A DNA stretch of 64,000 bases. Source: Nymphaea colorata. Taxonomy: Eukaryota. Position 1 is the first letter of the stretch. Every line of letters begins with the position of its first letter. Both the position numbers and the translations under genes were made by a program. Positions 12,211-24,572 of the stretch are shown piece by piece. Under the pieces are notes generated by a model. The model saw only the letters and a program-made list of their open reading frames with translations. It had not been told where the DNA came from and ran no database searches. The stretch spans positions 23,932,001-23,996,000 of the forward strand of contig NC_045138.2 of the NCBI RefSeq assembly GCF_008831285.2, written 5' to 3'.

Positions 12211-14639
12211 CCCTATCTTCTTTACCCAAATTTTGATGTTTATCATCTTCCTTGGGTTAATATTTTATGGATACTCATTCTCCTTTTGATTTTTTGGGAT
12301 GCTATTAAGATAAGAGCTGTGGAGGGAATATTGTTCCAACAGTTTTGGCTGTATACATAAGATAATGTTAATATCCCGAGATATATTCCTTCTCTAGAAA
12401 ATAGCTATAACAGTCATCAGTGGCATGATTACAAGTGCCACTAAAAATGTCTATATTAATAGCGATGTTATCTGCGGCACCACCAAAGGTGGATGCCGAT
12501 TGTTGAGATTTTCAGAGACAACAGAGGGTTGTGTCATTATTGATGATGACATTCACTGATGCGGTTTTTCATGTCACTATTGTCTATTGCAAGCACCCAT
12601 CTTGCCTACTTTTTGTGACATTTTTTTGAAGTATTTTTTATGCCATTTCCTGACCAGCAAATTAAGATGACCCTTTATTGACGTGTGCATATTTTGCCAC
12701 TAAAATCATAGCCGCATGCCTTTACTTCATATAACAAGTCACATCTAGGGACGGAGCCATAAATTTCTAACTCAAGGGCACTAACAGTTTAACCACTCTT
12801 GCGAAAAGAAATAAAAACTTGGGGAGACACCAATATAGAAATAAAATAATTTTTTTGTGAGTTGGTATGGGCAATTGCATACACAAGAGCCTGTCTGCGC
12901 CTGTCACTGGTCACATCGATACGACTGTATTAACACTTTTTGCCTATTTACTGACGCACATATTTGCAAGTGAAGGGTGGAATTTTCGTAGTAATTTCTC
13001 CAATACCCATATCTCAACATTTCCCATGATATATTAGCTTTTCTGCCTTTAGTGACTTTGGTAATCTAAATCTGTGAAACCAACTATTGCATACCCTAGA
13101 AAGTTAATTATATATCTGTGTGGAGCTAATGCCTACACTAGTAGCTATGTCACCAACTGCAACTTGTGCACATATTACTTTTTTGATGTGATTTTAACGT
13201 ACGAAGCATATACATATATAGTGCCAAACAACGGTTATGCTTTCTTATATATGAGTGCACGCACCTTCACTTTTCCAATGCCAAGTATCCTTATCACAAT
13301 TCTCACACCACATACACATCTTGATATTCCTTTCTTCCTTGCATTGCTTTTTGCCTTTAGCAACTTAATTTCTTCAAATGGAAGTATTCATCATCGTGGT
13401 GCCCATGGCTTTTTTTGCCACCAGAATTCTCTAAAACTAAACATAAGGCAAAGCAGTAGCAGAACTAAGATTTGTTTGGCTGATGGACATTTGAGTTGCC
13501 AGTTCAGGTCTGATGTGGGCGTCCTATGTAAATTTTAAGTTACCATAATATAATTTTGAATTCTTCTAATGAAATTTTTGATGGGTTCGTGTGGGCATTG
13601 GCCTACACCAGCCCCCATGTGCCTATGGCATTGCTACTATTTTTTGTGTTGGGATCATATCACTATGTCTTCTTCATTTTCGCACTGCTGCATTCAATGG
13701 TCGTCACTGTGTCCATCTCGTCACTCTTTTAGTCTTCATCACTTTCAGATACATTTACCATTGTACTTTCAAAGACTATAAAATATATGTGATATTGCTT
13801 TACATTCAATGCATATGCAAAGTATAGTGCTTACATACTATCATGTACAGTTCTTTGTGCAACAAGTAAATGCATGACAGAAAAAAACATTAATTTTAAA
13901 ATAATTGCAGCGACCTAATAGTGCTCTATGTAGCCACTAACAACTGAGAGTGCATTAATATGTTACATCGATAACTGATATCAAAGAGACAGTTTGACAA
14001 GTCGATGGAATTGTGATACCGCATAATTCTCCATTCCCAGGCAAAGTGAAAGAGATGTATAGATAGTATGGGAAGCAAACAACTGCCAGTGAACTTTGCA
14101 AAAAAAATTAGTCAGCCCTACATACAAACATTTATAAAGTGATTTACAATCCAAAGAAATATAAAGGATTAAACAACGAAATATTGTTTTTGCTATTTAA
14201 ACGATCTAGATATCGACAATTTATCATTTAAGTAATATACCTAACAATGTACTACCCCGAGGAACATAGTGAAACTGGTTGAACTGGTAGGACGGTAAAA
14301 GTCTGGTCATAAGTTCAATTTCTACAGGTGCTACAACTCTGTACAACAAATGGTAAATACATGATACTATAGTTGACGGGTGTTTCCTTTCCCATCTTGG
14401 CTCCACAGATGCCAAGATCCGAAAAAAAGGGAGAGACTTCTGCCTCTTCAAGGTATACCCAAACATGTACTATATGTCTCCACAAATAATATGTGCAGGC
14501 ACAATTTATTTCTTACATAAGAAATTTTACAAATTGACAATATTTTACAATTGACCGTATTTGAATGATCTTACCTACCGATTCATCTATGCGAATATGC
14601 TTCCCAATGATATAATAGACAATCTTTTCCTGTCTTTGT

Positions 14640-14700
14640 GACCACTTGAAACAACTCTATCTACCTGCAATTTCCCTTTAAGGACAAGAGTGGAAGTATG

Positions 14701-14737
<37 letters not shown>

Positions 14738-15156
14738 CGCCCACATTATTCGTTGCCTTCTTAACATTCAGCATCCACCCCCTATAATTATATGATAATT
14801 TCAACAAAATCAGGACATATTAATGGAAACAAGGCCTACATTGTTGTTGAATACTTATAGGGTGTGTCATTGGTGTTGCACTTTCTTGTCTCTATTTATT
14901 CAAATGATTCTTGGAAGCCCACAAAATCGGGCTGCTTTTGCTCATTTATTTGGTGGCTTTAGAGCTAGCTAGCCTAATGCTCTAACCCTAGCTAGCTAGC
15001 TTGGATACTAATCAACAGTCCACTTTAGATTTCTTGTTGGATTCTAACTTTTAAATATCAACCAAATAATTTCATCTTGTATACGCAAAAAGGAAAAAGG
15101 GGAAAAAGATACAGTGACCTACGCTACTTCTCCTTTTCACGTTGAAGGAATCAGAT

Positions 15157-15213
<57 letters not shown>

Positions 15214-15960
15214 TTCGAATCACAAGCGTATTAGAAATGTTGAGTTTGAAACAGACCAAGTCTCATCAGTGAACTTCCGCTAGCAGTAAAAACTATTTGT
15301 TGGTTTTAAGTGGGCCATTTGGCCACAGTAACATACTGTTACTATTCCATATATTCACCCAAAATATAAGGTAGATTTATTTGATATATAATAAGAACGT
15401 GTTACTGTTAACAAATGACCTTAATTGATTACACTTGTTGCCATTACATATGATAAAATTAATTACCTATCACTGGATCACAGGTATATATATATATAAG
15501 AAAATTGAATGGTGACTCTACTTTGTAGAGTCACTTAGTCATCTAATTAAGACTAATGTGATAGACGGCTAAGAGAAAAACAATCAAAAAAAGAATGGGT
15601 ATATTTGTCATTTAATATTAGTTTACATTTTTTTTATCTACCATCTATTCGCTTTAGATGAACAATCCTTGTTAGATGGTTGAATGACTTTATATTGCTA
15701 AAAGTCATTATTCACTCACTTTATATATATATATAGCATTTGACACATGATAAGAATTTAAGGGAGAGTAGCCCTACTAAACATTCAAATGCGTCATTTT
15801 TTATTTACCAACGCACGACTAGTCTCTTCAAAAAGTTACTGGCCTGAATTGTTCATAGGTGTCACAAGGCTGATTATAATCCTAAAAGATGTTGAGCGCA
15901 TTATAGAGTAAACTTGTAAAAGGAGAAACTAATTGAGATATATAGTCTCCAGGCTTACCG
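14640..15960 (+). repeat. Kinase 5'-flank block (C), with an inverted homolog at 22310-23870
   Basis: Shared motifs: gctgcttttgctcat, ctaatcaacagtc, a (TC)n tract at the equivalent position, cactggatcacag and taggtgtcacaaggctg. Confidence 0.8.
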
Positions 15961-16228
15961 CCCGTACGTTTTATATATAATATATATACATATATATTTG
16001 AATTGTGTGAGAAGACTTGTATGTATATGTATATATAGAAGAGGTATAAGCTAATCGTTTGGGGGAACAAGAGGTGGCACGATCGCACGACACCCACCTG
16101 TGACTTCTAGAAGCACCACCAAAAAATTGCCCCAAAAAAAATCTGTCCTTGGACCGTCCGTCTCCCCTTTCCGTTTTCTTCTTCTCAAGAGCCTCTCCGC
16201 CTTCCTCTCCCTTCCCCTTCCTTCAACA

Positions 16229-17530
16229 ATGTCCAATCGGCTTGACCTCAACAAGCTGGTTGCCCGCAAGGTCTTAGGCAGAGGAGCTCTCGGCACCGTT
16301 TTCCTCGTCACCACCACCGCCGACGGCATCAATTCTCCTCCTTCCTCCTCCTCCTCCTCTCCTTTCGCCATAAAAATTGTGGACAAGGCGACCCTCCAGG
16401 GTAAATTCGATGCTGCCCGCCGCGCCCGCTGGGAGGTCGACGTCCTCTCCAACCTCCACCACCCTTTCCTCCCTTCCCTCCTTGCCACCTTGGACGCCGA
16501 CGCCGACGACGACGACGGCTTCTCCGGCTGGGCCATCCCCTTCTGCCCAGGCGGCGATCTCAACGTCCTCCGCCAGCGCCAGTCCGACCGCGTCTTCTCC
16601 CCCTCCGTCATCCGCTTCTACCTCGCCGAGCTCGTCCTCGCCCTCGAGTACCTCCATGCCCACCGCGTCGTCTACCGCGACCTCAAGCCCGAGAACGTCC
16701 TCATCCAAGAGTCCGGCCACATCATGCTCACCGACTTCGACCTCTCCAAGATGCTCCCGCTCCCTCCCGCCGACCTCGTCCAAGCGGTGCCCTCAGACAA
16801 GAACCTTCACGTCCCCGCCAAGATGATTAACGGCGATGGGAATAATAATGACAATGGCGTTCCCAAGAGGCAGAAGAAGAAGAAGACGAGGGGCCACTGC
16901 AGAAGTCTGACGAGGCTGGTCACCGCGGCGTCCGCGAAGGTGACGCCGACGGCGCATGCTGCGGCAAAGAGGCGAAGCACCGTGGTGCCGCGCGTGGCCG
17001 CACCTCCCTGCTGCGGCGTGGAGCGCACCAACTCGTTCGTGGGCACCGAGGAGTACGTCGCTCCCGAGGTCGTGAGAGGCCACGGCCACGCGTTCCCCGT
17101 CGACTGGTGGGCGCTCGGCGTCCTCGCCTACGAGATGTTGTACGGCCGGACGCCCTTCCGCGGGGCTAACCGGAAGGAGACGTTCCTGAACGTCCTGACC
17201 CGGGCGCCATCGTTCGTGGGGCCAGCCACAGGGACGGCCGCCCGTCTCCGGGACCTCATATTCCGGCTCCTGGAGAAGGACCCAGCACGCCGGCTTGGTT
17301 CCGGCGGCGCAGTGGAGGTGAAACGGCATGAGTTCTTCCGGGGGCTGGACTGGGAGGGGATAGCCGACATCTCACGGCCGCCGTTTATCGTCGAGCAGCA
17401 GCCGGAATTAGAGGAACAAGTCGACATCAGGGAGTTCTTCAGGAAGCGCAACGCACCAGCAGCTGCGACGCCTTCTCTGTCTCCGTCACCGTCGACCCGG
17501 CAGCCGGAACCCGGCGTACCCGAATTCTGA
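16229..17530 (+). CDS. UCN: AGCVIII (AGC2 group) serine/threonine kinase, UNICORN/UCN-like, single exon, 433 aa
   Basis: First ATG at 16229 (the ORF-track start at 16100 is a GTG). Motifs: LGRGALGTVFL, FAIK, CPGGDL, YRDLKPEN, the AGCVIII-type DFD (MLTDFDLS), a basic insertion (PKRQKKKK), ERTNSFVGTEEYVAPE, VDWWALG and a C-terminal VPEF. GC-rich with no lesions. UCN versus UCNL versus OXI1-type orthology is inferred. Confidence 0.93.
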   Translation: MSNRLDLNKLVARKVLGRGALGTVFLVTTTADGINSPPSSSSSSPFAIKIVDKATLQGKFDAARRARWEVDVLSNLHHPFLPSLLATLDADADDDDGFSGWAIPFCPGGDLNVLRQRQSDRVFSPSVIRFYLAELVLALEYLHAHRVVYRDLKPENVLIQESGHIMLTDFDLSKMLPLPPADLVQAVPSDKNLHVPAKMINGDGNNNDNGVPKRQKKKKTRGHCRSLTRLVTAASAKVTPTAHAAAKRRSTVVPRVAAPPCCGVERTNSFVGTEEYVAPEVVRGHGHAFPVDWWALGVLAYEMLYGRTPFRGANRKETFLNVLTRAPSFVGPATGTAARLRDLIFRLLEKDPARRLGSGGAVEVKRHEFFRGLDWEGIADISRPPFIVEQQPELEEQVDIREFFRKRNAPAAATPSLSPSPSTRQPEPGVPEF

Positions 17531-17904
17531 CAACTGTGATACGGTACGGAAAAAACTTTTGTACATAGGCAGAAGAAAGTAAAATATTTTTGGTGTGGAT
17601 GGAGTTGCCGGCGACCAAACGAGACTTTCCCCGTTTCCCGATGTTGGGTGGCCAACAAAATTTTACTAAATTGTCGAAGCGGGCCTATCCGCTAGCGGTT
17701 TGGCCCCTCTCCCTCTCTCTCTCTCCTCGTTCTGTCCACGTCGTAGGTCGATCGAGGTGTCTAAAAACCTTAGAGAAATGTCAAAGCAATAACAAATAAG
17801 AAAGTTATAATGAAAAAAAGAAAGCGAGAGTTTAGGCATAGTGAAATTGGGAAAAATTCAATGTTTAAAAACGATGAAGAATTAGGATTGTTTCATATCT
17901 ATCT

Positions 17905-17938
<34 letters not shown>

Positions 17939-18191
17939 TGTTATTTTTGTTTTGGAACGGAAAGTTTATATGAAGAAGTTAATGCAATCATTTGGACAAT
18001 CAATTTTTATAGTCCCTTGCGCGACACAAGTCCAAGATTCCGCAATGAGACAATGATCGCGTGACGCATACAGTTCCCTTTCCAAGTCACCTGCATTCAA
18101 TTTCATCTATCTTTTAAGTGTAAATCAATGCAAGCAGAAGCCGAAATGGACTAAAGTTTCCTCCCCGTGTTTGTTTACCATGTAAAGGTGT

Positions 18192-18810
18192 CGCTACAAA
18201 AGGACAAAAACATGTTTCTATGATTGGGGTCAAATTTCGGTGAAATTTAGCACCAAGACCTTCCCTGACTTCCGCAGAAACGCCAGTAAAAGGTTTCTCT
18301 AACATTCCAGACAACCGACAGTGAAAGGTAGTTCGTGAGCAGTTCCCACTGACGTTGTCACGTTGGGTAGACGGCCGTCGATATAAATAACACACTAGGA
18401 CGTCTCTACCCAAACTTTGGTGGAAGTTGAAGTCTACTCTCCATAAATTGTCGCTGTAGAATATCCTTTTATGACGACCAACAGAAAATGTCGGGGAAAC
18501 TCCACGTTCACTGACATTTTTTCTGACGTAAGTGAAATTCTCCTCTATGAATGCATGAAAATATGACTTGAAAGTGCATCGTAACTGGCGGTGAGAGTTC
18601 GGCCGTCAGTTCGATTCCTAAGACCACTACTCCCTTGAACTATTAATACACATTACTTCCACTAAAGAGAGCAACCGTAAATTTACTTGGTTCGAACAAA
18701 GCTCTAAACCGTAAAGGCAGGGAGAAAGAGATGTGGCGGTGGGATCTCCTACCGGTCATCCGAATGTGTGAAAATGCACATGTCGGTGCAGGCATGTTTT
18801 CTTTTTAGTG
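18192..18810. mobile_element. Non-autonomous CACTA (En/Spm) element
   Basis: Termini cgctacaaaa...tttttagtg (reverse complement cactaaaaa) with a 3-bp TSD TGT at 18189-18191 and 18811-18813. The paralogous empty site atgtaaagc-tgt-gctc lies at ~8363-8378. Confidence 0.85.
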
Positions 18811-18972
18811 TGTGTTCAAAAGAATTTTAGGTAGAGAAAAAACAAACAGCGGTTGAGTGAGATGACATGCATTTCTTAGTTTGATAAAATTGGGATATCG
18901 AGAAAAAAAAGTACTTTTGAGTTAGTGGAGCCCATTTGATGACTGAATGTTCTAATTTGGCGTACTAAAATG

Positions 18973-19040
<68 letters not shown>

Positions 19041-19391
19041 TGGCTCCCCCACTAACCAATACATTCATAGTGGATATATAGCCATTTTTCTTACCCATGC
19101 ACCAAAGTGGCAGACAAGACAATACAGATCACCAAAGTTTTTAATTAAAAAAAGGAAGCGTGAAGAGTTAGAGGCACGAAATTCATTGTTGGGAATCATG
19201 TTCAAGCAATCTCAAGTTTGACACGCACACACACGCCAGGAAGCACCGAAGGACACCTAAAAGTGAGGAGAATATATAAAAGACAAGGTTTGCTGAGGAG
19301 TCTTTTTCAACCCCTAGTTCCCTTAGTGGCAGGAATTACTATGTTCATTTGTTCTTCTTCTCTTCCGTGGCAAAAATTGAGCTTAGACATT

Positions 19392-19807
19392 GGTGTGATT
19401 GATGATGCCGGAATTCTGGAATTCTAAAATTAAAATTCTCATTTTTGATGAAATGGAGATTCCATTACCAAACAAAAAATTTGATTTCAGAATTATAAGC
19501 TCGTTCTTGAATCAAAATTATTAAATTGTGATTCTACCATAGAGAGTGGAATTCTGATTGTAAAATTTGTAGAAAATTTTCGTCTTTGTGTAAGGCACAT
19601 GTCACAATGATTTTAATTCATCCATTCTATAATTGTAGTTTTGTTTTCATCAAACACATCACTTTCAATTTTGGAAACCGAATTCCAAACTATCAAACAC
19701 AAAGGGAAACCAGAATTAGGATTTTCATTCCAATTCGAGTTTGAGGTAGAATTCTGTTTCTGAATTTTTAATTCTAAAATCAAAATTCAAGACGGTCAAA
19801 TGTCTCC
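19392..19807. mobile_element. Tourist/PIF-Harbinger-like MITE (GAATTC-rich)
   Basis: Degenerate ggtgtgattg...caaatgtctcc termini followed by TAA, with internal inverted gaattc/aaaatt motifs. Absent from the paralogous block at ~8990. Confidence 0.55.
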
Positions 19808-20278
19808 TAAGCATTTTTCACGGACCACCATGGCAAGATTGTCCATTAGGAGATCCCAGTTATACCAACTTTTCACTTTTATATTGAATAAGCAAGGAAA
19901 GAGTGCCCTCCATATAGGAATACTAGAAGCGAGATGATAAAGAGTGAGATCCTGTTTTGAATGCTTTGGTTGTTCATGTTCATATCACTGTTATAAAGAA
20001 TGGTCTATAAACCTAAATGAGGCCATGGCTGGTGGTAGAGGGTTTCTTAGAGGGAGAATGAACTGTCAGCGATGTCGAAGCCTTTACTTTAAACAGCTTG
20101 AAGAGAACGAAACAAAACAGAGCAGGCGCCTCCTTCTACCATGGATGCAGGCATCATCCCGAACCACATTATTTTCCAAGTGTTCTTCCCTTTATTCTTG
20201 TCTTTGTATGTTTTAGCGCGAGAGAGAAAGAGAGAAAAGGAAGACATGATAGAACAGAGACGAGATGCAAGAAGCTCA

Positions 20279-21557
20279 AGGGCGGAGCTAGGATTTTTTT
20301 TAGGAGTGGGTCAAACAGTCAAACCTTTGGATCCGGGTGGAGCCAAACTGAACTAAAATCCAAACAATACATGGCGCAACTAAAAATTTTCAATTTTTTC
20401 AATGTAATTTTTTTTTCAATCTATTGGGGTGGGGCCATGGCCTAGGGGGCTCCCCCTCCCTTCACCGCTAAAGAAGCCTAACAATAAGCTTATAAGGAGT
20501 ACCAATGATGGAGATGGGGAGAAAGTCCTGAGAAGGAGATAAAGGTTCACAAGTCCTTTATGCTCGACTATGGCATGCCGGGCTGAGGGTTGAGACAGAG
20601 AGAAAGAGGGACCCAAAATTTGGGTTCTCATGAACCTCAAATTTGAGATCCTTGTGGATTTTAGATCTGGTGGTAGAATATTCATAACCTCGTTGAAATC
20701 AGCCTAGGTTTTTAGTGCATGAGAAAAGCTTCTCGAAATTCAATTCTAGATCCAAGTACATAATTAAGTTACTACAGGAGCATGGCGACAGTAGTAGAGT
20801 CAGGATATTTTGACTGAGGGGCACTTGAGTCACCAGCACAGGTCTAAAGTAGGTGTTCCATGTAATTTAGAGGTCACAATGTTATTTTTCATTCTTCCAA
20901 TGAAACTTTTGATGGGATGGTGTGTGCCACCTATGTACCTCCCCGCTGCATGTGGAGAAATTATAGTTCTCTGTTTCTCTTTTTTTGGTCTCCAACAATA
21001 CAGACAAAGATACATCCCCTACTTTTTATTGGTTGGCCCCATAGGCAGGAGATAGGAGAGGTCATTTTCTTTCTTAAATTTAGGAGGGAGTGAGCGAAGC
21101 ACCGGAGCTAAATCTCTCCCAAAGAAAGGAGAGTGAGTTGTGCACTGGAAAAAAAGGAAGGAAGAGTTAAAGGTATTTTGGAGATTTTAAAAAAGAAATG
21201 TCTTTCTTGAGCTTTTAACTTTTACATTACCTAGGAAGGCTCTCCTTTTTCCTGACTAGGTATTCTGATCATTATTACTCTTGGCACACAATTTTTGGGT
21301 CATATATAACCAATTTCGGAAAGAAAACAGCGCAAACGGAGGGAATGAGGTAAACTTAACCCAACTTTCGCTGGGGAGGCACGGCCTAACTCAGGGGTGG
21401 AGGGAGGGGGTGGGCCTACCTAGACCATGGCCCCACCCCACCGAATTGAAAAAAAAAAATACATTGAAAAAATTGAAAATTTTTAATTGTGCCATGTATT
21501 GTTTGGATTCGCGTTTTGTTTGGACTGCTCTTAAAAAAAATCCTAGCTCCGTCTCTG
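20279..21557. repeat. Inverted pair of GGGCGGAGC-type MITEs (20279-20465 and 21390-21557)
   Basis: aatccaaacaatacatggc.caa.taaaaattttcaattttttcaatgta appears on + at ~20357 and as its reverse complement at ~21460-21510. The ORF track shows the same pseudo-peptide (SKQYMAQLKIFNFFNV) on opposite strands. Confidence 0.8.
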
Positions 21558-22889
21558 GCCCCACTGCACCGTGCAGGTCCTTTTTTTTTCTCAAGTATAT
21601 ATTGTTTTTCTGGACATAAATACAAAGAGATCTCTTTGGGGGATGTCATTTCTTGTTGAGGCCATAGCAACTCATCTATATAAGGATAATTAGCATGGAA
21701 GATGAGAATGATGTGTATCCTGCAAGTTAATCATAAAGAAAAAGGAGAGATTTGATGTGCAATAAGGCGGGAATATTATGTATTCGAACAAAATCCCGGG
21801 CATTGTGCCGAAGTAGTACCTTTGGCATGGTTGCAGCTAGGTTGGCGGAGTGTGGAGATGGTGGTGGTCCATGTCTACCTTTAGTTAATGTGCCAGACAA
21901 GCCCTATTCAAATAATAGCATATGCAGCCGCCTAATCCACTCTTTTCTGTAATATGATGCATAAAAGTAAGTTTCTTAACTTGCTCATGTTTAATCATGT
22001 CCTTCCAATGCATAGGCAGTGTTTGCCCTTTCAATGCATTTCATTGGGTAGCAGGGGAGGAAACCTTAATTTCATGCTTACATTTGGGTGGACCTGAGTT
22101 AAGTTATATGGGCAGCCCTACAAGGCCGAGTCACTACCTTACGGACTTGGGTGGACTTGAGTGTTAACTATATATTTAGTGCTCCATAAAAAATAAAAAC
22201 TTTCTGGTTCCGCCCTTGTTGGGATGTTGTGATTGAACAGAGGTCCAAATGACTTATATATATATGTGTGTGTGTGGAGCCCTAGTCAGTTTAACTGTAT
22301 TAGAGTCGGATATAAGTTGGCTACAAAGCTGGGAAACTTTATCTCTTCATTGGCACTTTGCTACAAATTTATTCAACAGGCTTTCACCAGCCTTGTGACA
22401 CCTAGTCATGTGTTGGTACAGTATGGTCCAAAATTTCCTGTAAACGCGCAAATTGGATGGTTATAGTACTGTTTCTGGAACCCATGGTATACGGTAATGG
22501 ACCCACCCACACCGTCCACTTATCTAAACAGTACACTTCCATAAGCTTCCAAATAAGGATGATGGAACCTGGCAGATGTCTGTGATCCAGTGAGAAGTAA
22601 GCAGTTTTCTCATATAATTACGTTCGCAGTCATCTTCGCTTTTAGGGCAATGACGGCGCAGCTAGTAAGGTAAAAGTAAAACCAAGGCGCATCAATTGCG
22701 GGTTGGGGAACGTCCACAGTCATGGCAAAACAAAAAAATTATTTATATTACAACAAAATTTATTGATATCAGAAGTTTGCTGAGAAGACTAGGCTGTTTG
22801 ATTCAAACAAACCAAACCATTTTCCTGCATATGAGAGATAGAGAAAGAGAGAGAGAGAAGACAATACCGGTCGACTTAGCATCCAACAG

Positions 22890-23257
22890 TATGTTGGATT
22901 TAAAGCAGCGGAAGAACGACCTTGTTTAACTCTGCGCAGCAGGGTCACCAGCGGCGTCTCTGGGATGAGTGTCAGAGGCAGCATTTGTGACTAGGGAGCA
23001 TTTCCGCGTTTGCTTCTGGGAGGCGACATCTCAAGATTAACCTTGAGTCTGAGATTAGCTAGGTTTTTATAGACCACCTCTCAGGGCTTCCCGATGCTCA
23101 GCAACGGCTACAACTAGAGGGAAGTAACGTAAATCTATAAATTTCTTGATTTTTATTTAATTGTTTTAAAATAGTTTGTAAGTTTATCTCGTAATTGCGA
23201 GTGGGCCTGCTCGCAGTTACAAGATGAATGGATAGAGCTCATGGTCATTATCCAATG
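22890..23257 (-). repeat. Dispersed LTR-like repeat, homologous to 33003-33528 (+)
   Basis: Shares catcttgtaactgc.ag.aggcccact, ggtctataaaa (TATA-like), agaagcaaac and gagacgccgctggtg with the 33-kb copy. Confidence 0.65.
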
Positions 23258-23259
23258 CG

Positions 23260-23375
23260 GCACCCCTCAACCCAAATCAACACTCCTCTTTACCATTAGG
23301 ATAGTGCCCAATAAGAATCGAACCGATTATGAGGTTATTACATGCTACCCAGCCTGACCGGTTGCACTACTCATC
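23260..23375 (-). mobile_element. Probable tRNA-derived SINE
   Basis: The minus strand reads TAGTGCAACCGG (A-box-like) ... GGTTCGATTCT (B-box-like) at tRNA-like spacing. It is absent from the paralogous site next to the (TC)n at ~15210, and no clean cloverleaf is visible. Confidence 0.5.
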
Positions 23376-24526
23376 ATTTAGAGAGAGAGAGAGAGAGAGA
23401 GCTGATTCGTTGAACATGAAAATGTGGAGTAGGCTAAGTTACTGTTTTTCTTTCTCCTTTTCTTTTTAATATGCATATATTGAGATGATATTTTGTTGAT
23501 ATTTTAAAGTTATAATGCAACAAGAAATCTACGTCGACTGTTGATTAGCATCTTAGCTAGGTAGGGTTAGAATACCCTAAGAATAACCTCCAAAAAATAT
23601 GAGCAAAAGCAGCCAGATTTTCAGGGCTTTCAAGAATATTCATTTGAATAGATGGCGACAAGAAAACAGTCCAACAACAGCACTTTATGCATTACTCAAT
23701 AACAATGGTAGGTCGGGTTTCCCTTTCCAATATATGTCCTGATTTGCTGCAGTTATGAGATGAGGACGCCGAATTTATATACAATAAATAATGTGGCTCC
23801 GGTTAAGGAAAAAATTTGGCATTCTTGTCCCAAGAGGGAACTTGCAGGCAGAGTTGCTTCCAGTGACCAGTTAGTACATCCATTTATTCTTGCGTGGGCC
23901 ACTGCCCATGCTAACTCCTGAAATCTTACATTGTGATTAAGCTAGACCTACGTTCAGGTAGGCTCAGCCGCACACCCAGACTTCAGTCAATGCCCTGTAA
24001 TCATTCATTCTCTTAAGAGATAGATCGGTTAGTGCCCCTCAGCAAAAATTTTCTGGTTCCGCCACTGTTTTCAGGCCCTTGTAAATCTCTCTTACTGTCA
24101 CATTGCATTCAGTTTCAGCAGGTCCTCATCTATTTTTCCTCACTGGCATTAATTGATGTTGGACGGTGGAAGACAGTAGCTGAGAAAACCATGCAAAGAT
24201 GAAGGCATTTCTTATGGGTTTCTTCTGTTTAAATTAAATTGGTGTTGTGAACACACAAACGTTGTTGTGGTACATTCGTGGAGAGAGAGATGCTGAAGCG
24301 ACCTCATATTCAATGTGAAAATTAATATTAAATGATGAAAATGTTTATCCCCTTTCTTTTTTTTCCTTGTTTTTCTCTTAGTCTTTGATCTGTAAAAAGT
24401 CAACGCCTACTTAAACTAATAATAGATGATGAAAATGCCCGGTCAACTTTTATTTTTGTTATTTAATATTAGTTAATACACTGATCTGAAAACGCCCAAG
24501 GATTGATATTGTTCATTATAGACACC

Positions 24527-24572
<46 letters not shown>

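Larger units (their letters stand above)
18040..19860 (+). repeat. Kinase 3'-flank block A', interrupted by two DNA-transposon insertions
   Basis: Colinear with 8210-9030 once 18192-18810 and ~19392-19807 are removed. Confidence 0.85.

Noticed and set aside
16100..16228. 43-aa N-terminal extension of the kinase in the ORF track
   Set aside because: It starts at GTG in CT-rich 5'UTR-like sequence. The first ATG (16229) is in good context and is also the aligned start in the pseudogene.
16051..17658. Long overlapping antisense and alternate-frame ORFs over the kinase (and over 26400-27950)
   Set aside because: These are the expected shadow ORFs of very GC-rich coding sequence and carry no independent motifs.
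23260..23375. Functional tRNA gene
   Set aside because: A/B-box-like motifs are present but there is no acceptor stem or cloverleaf, so it is treated as a SINE.
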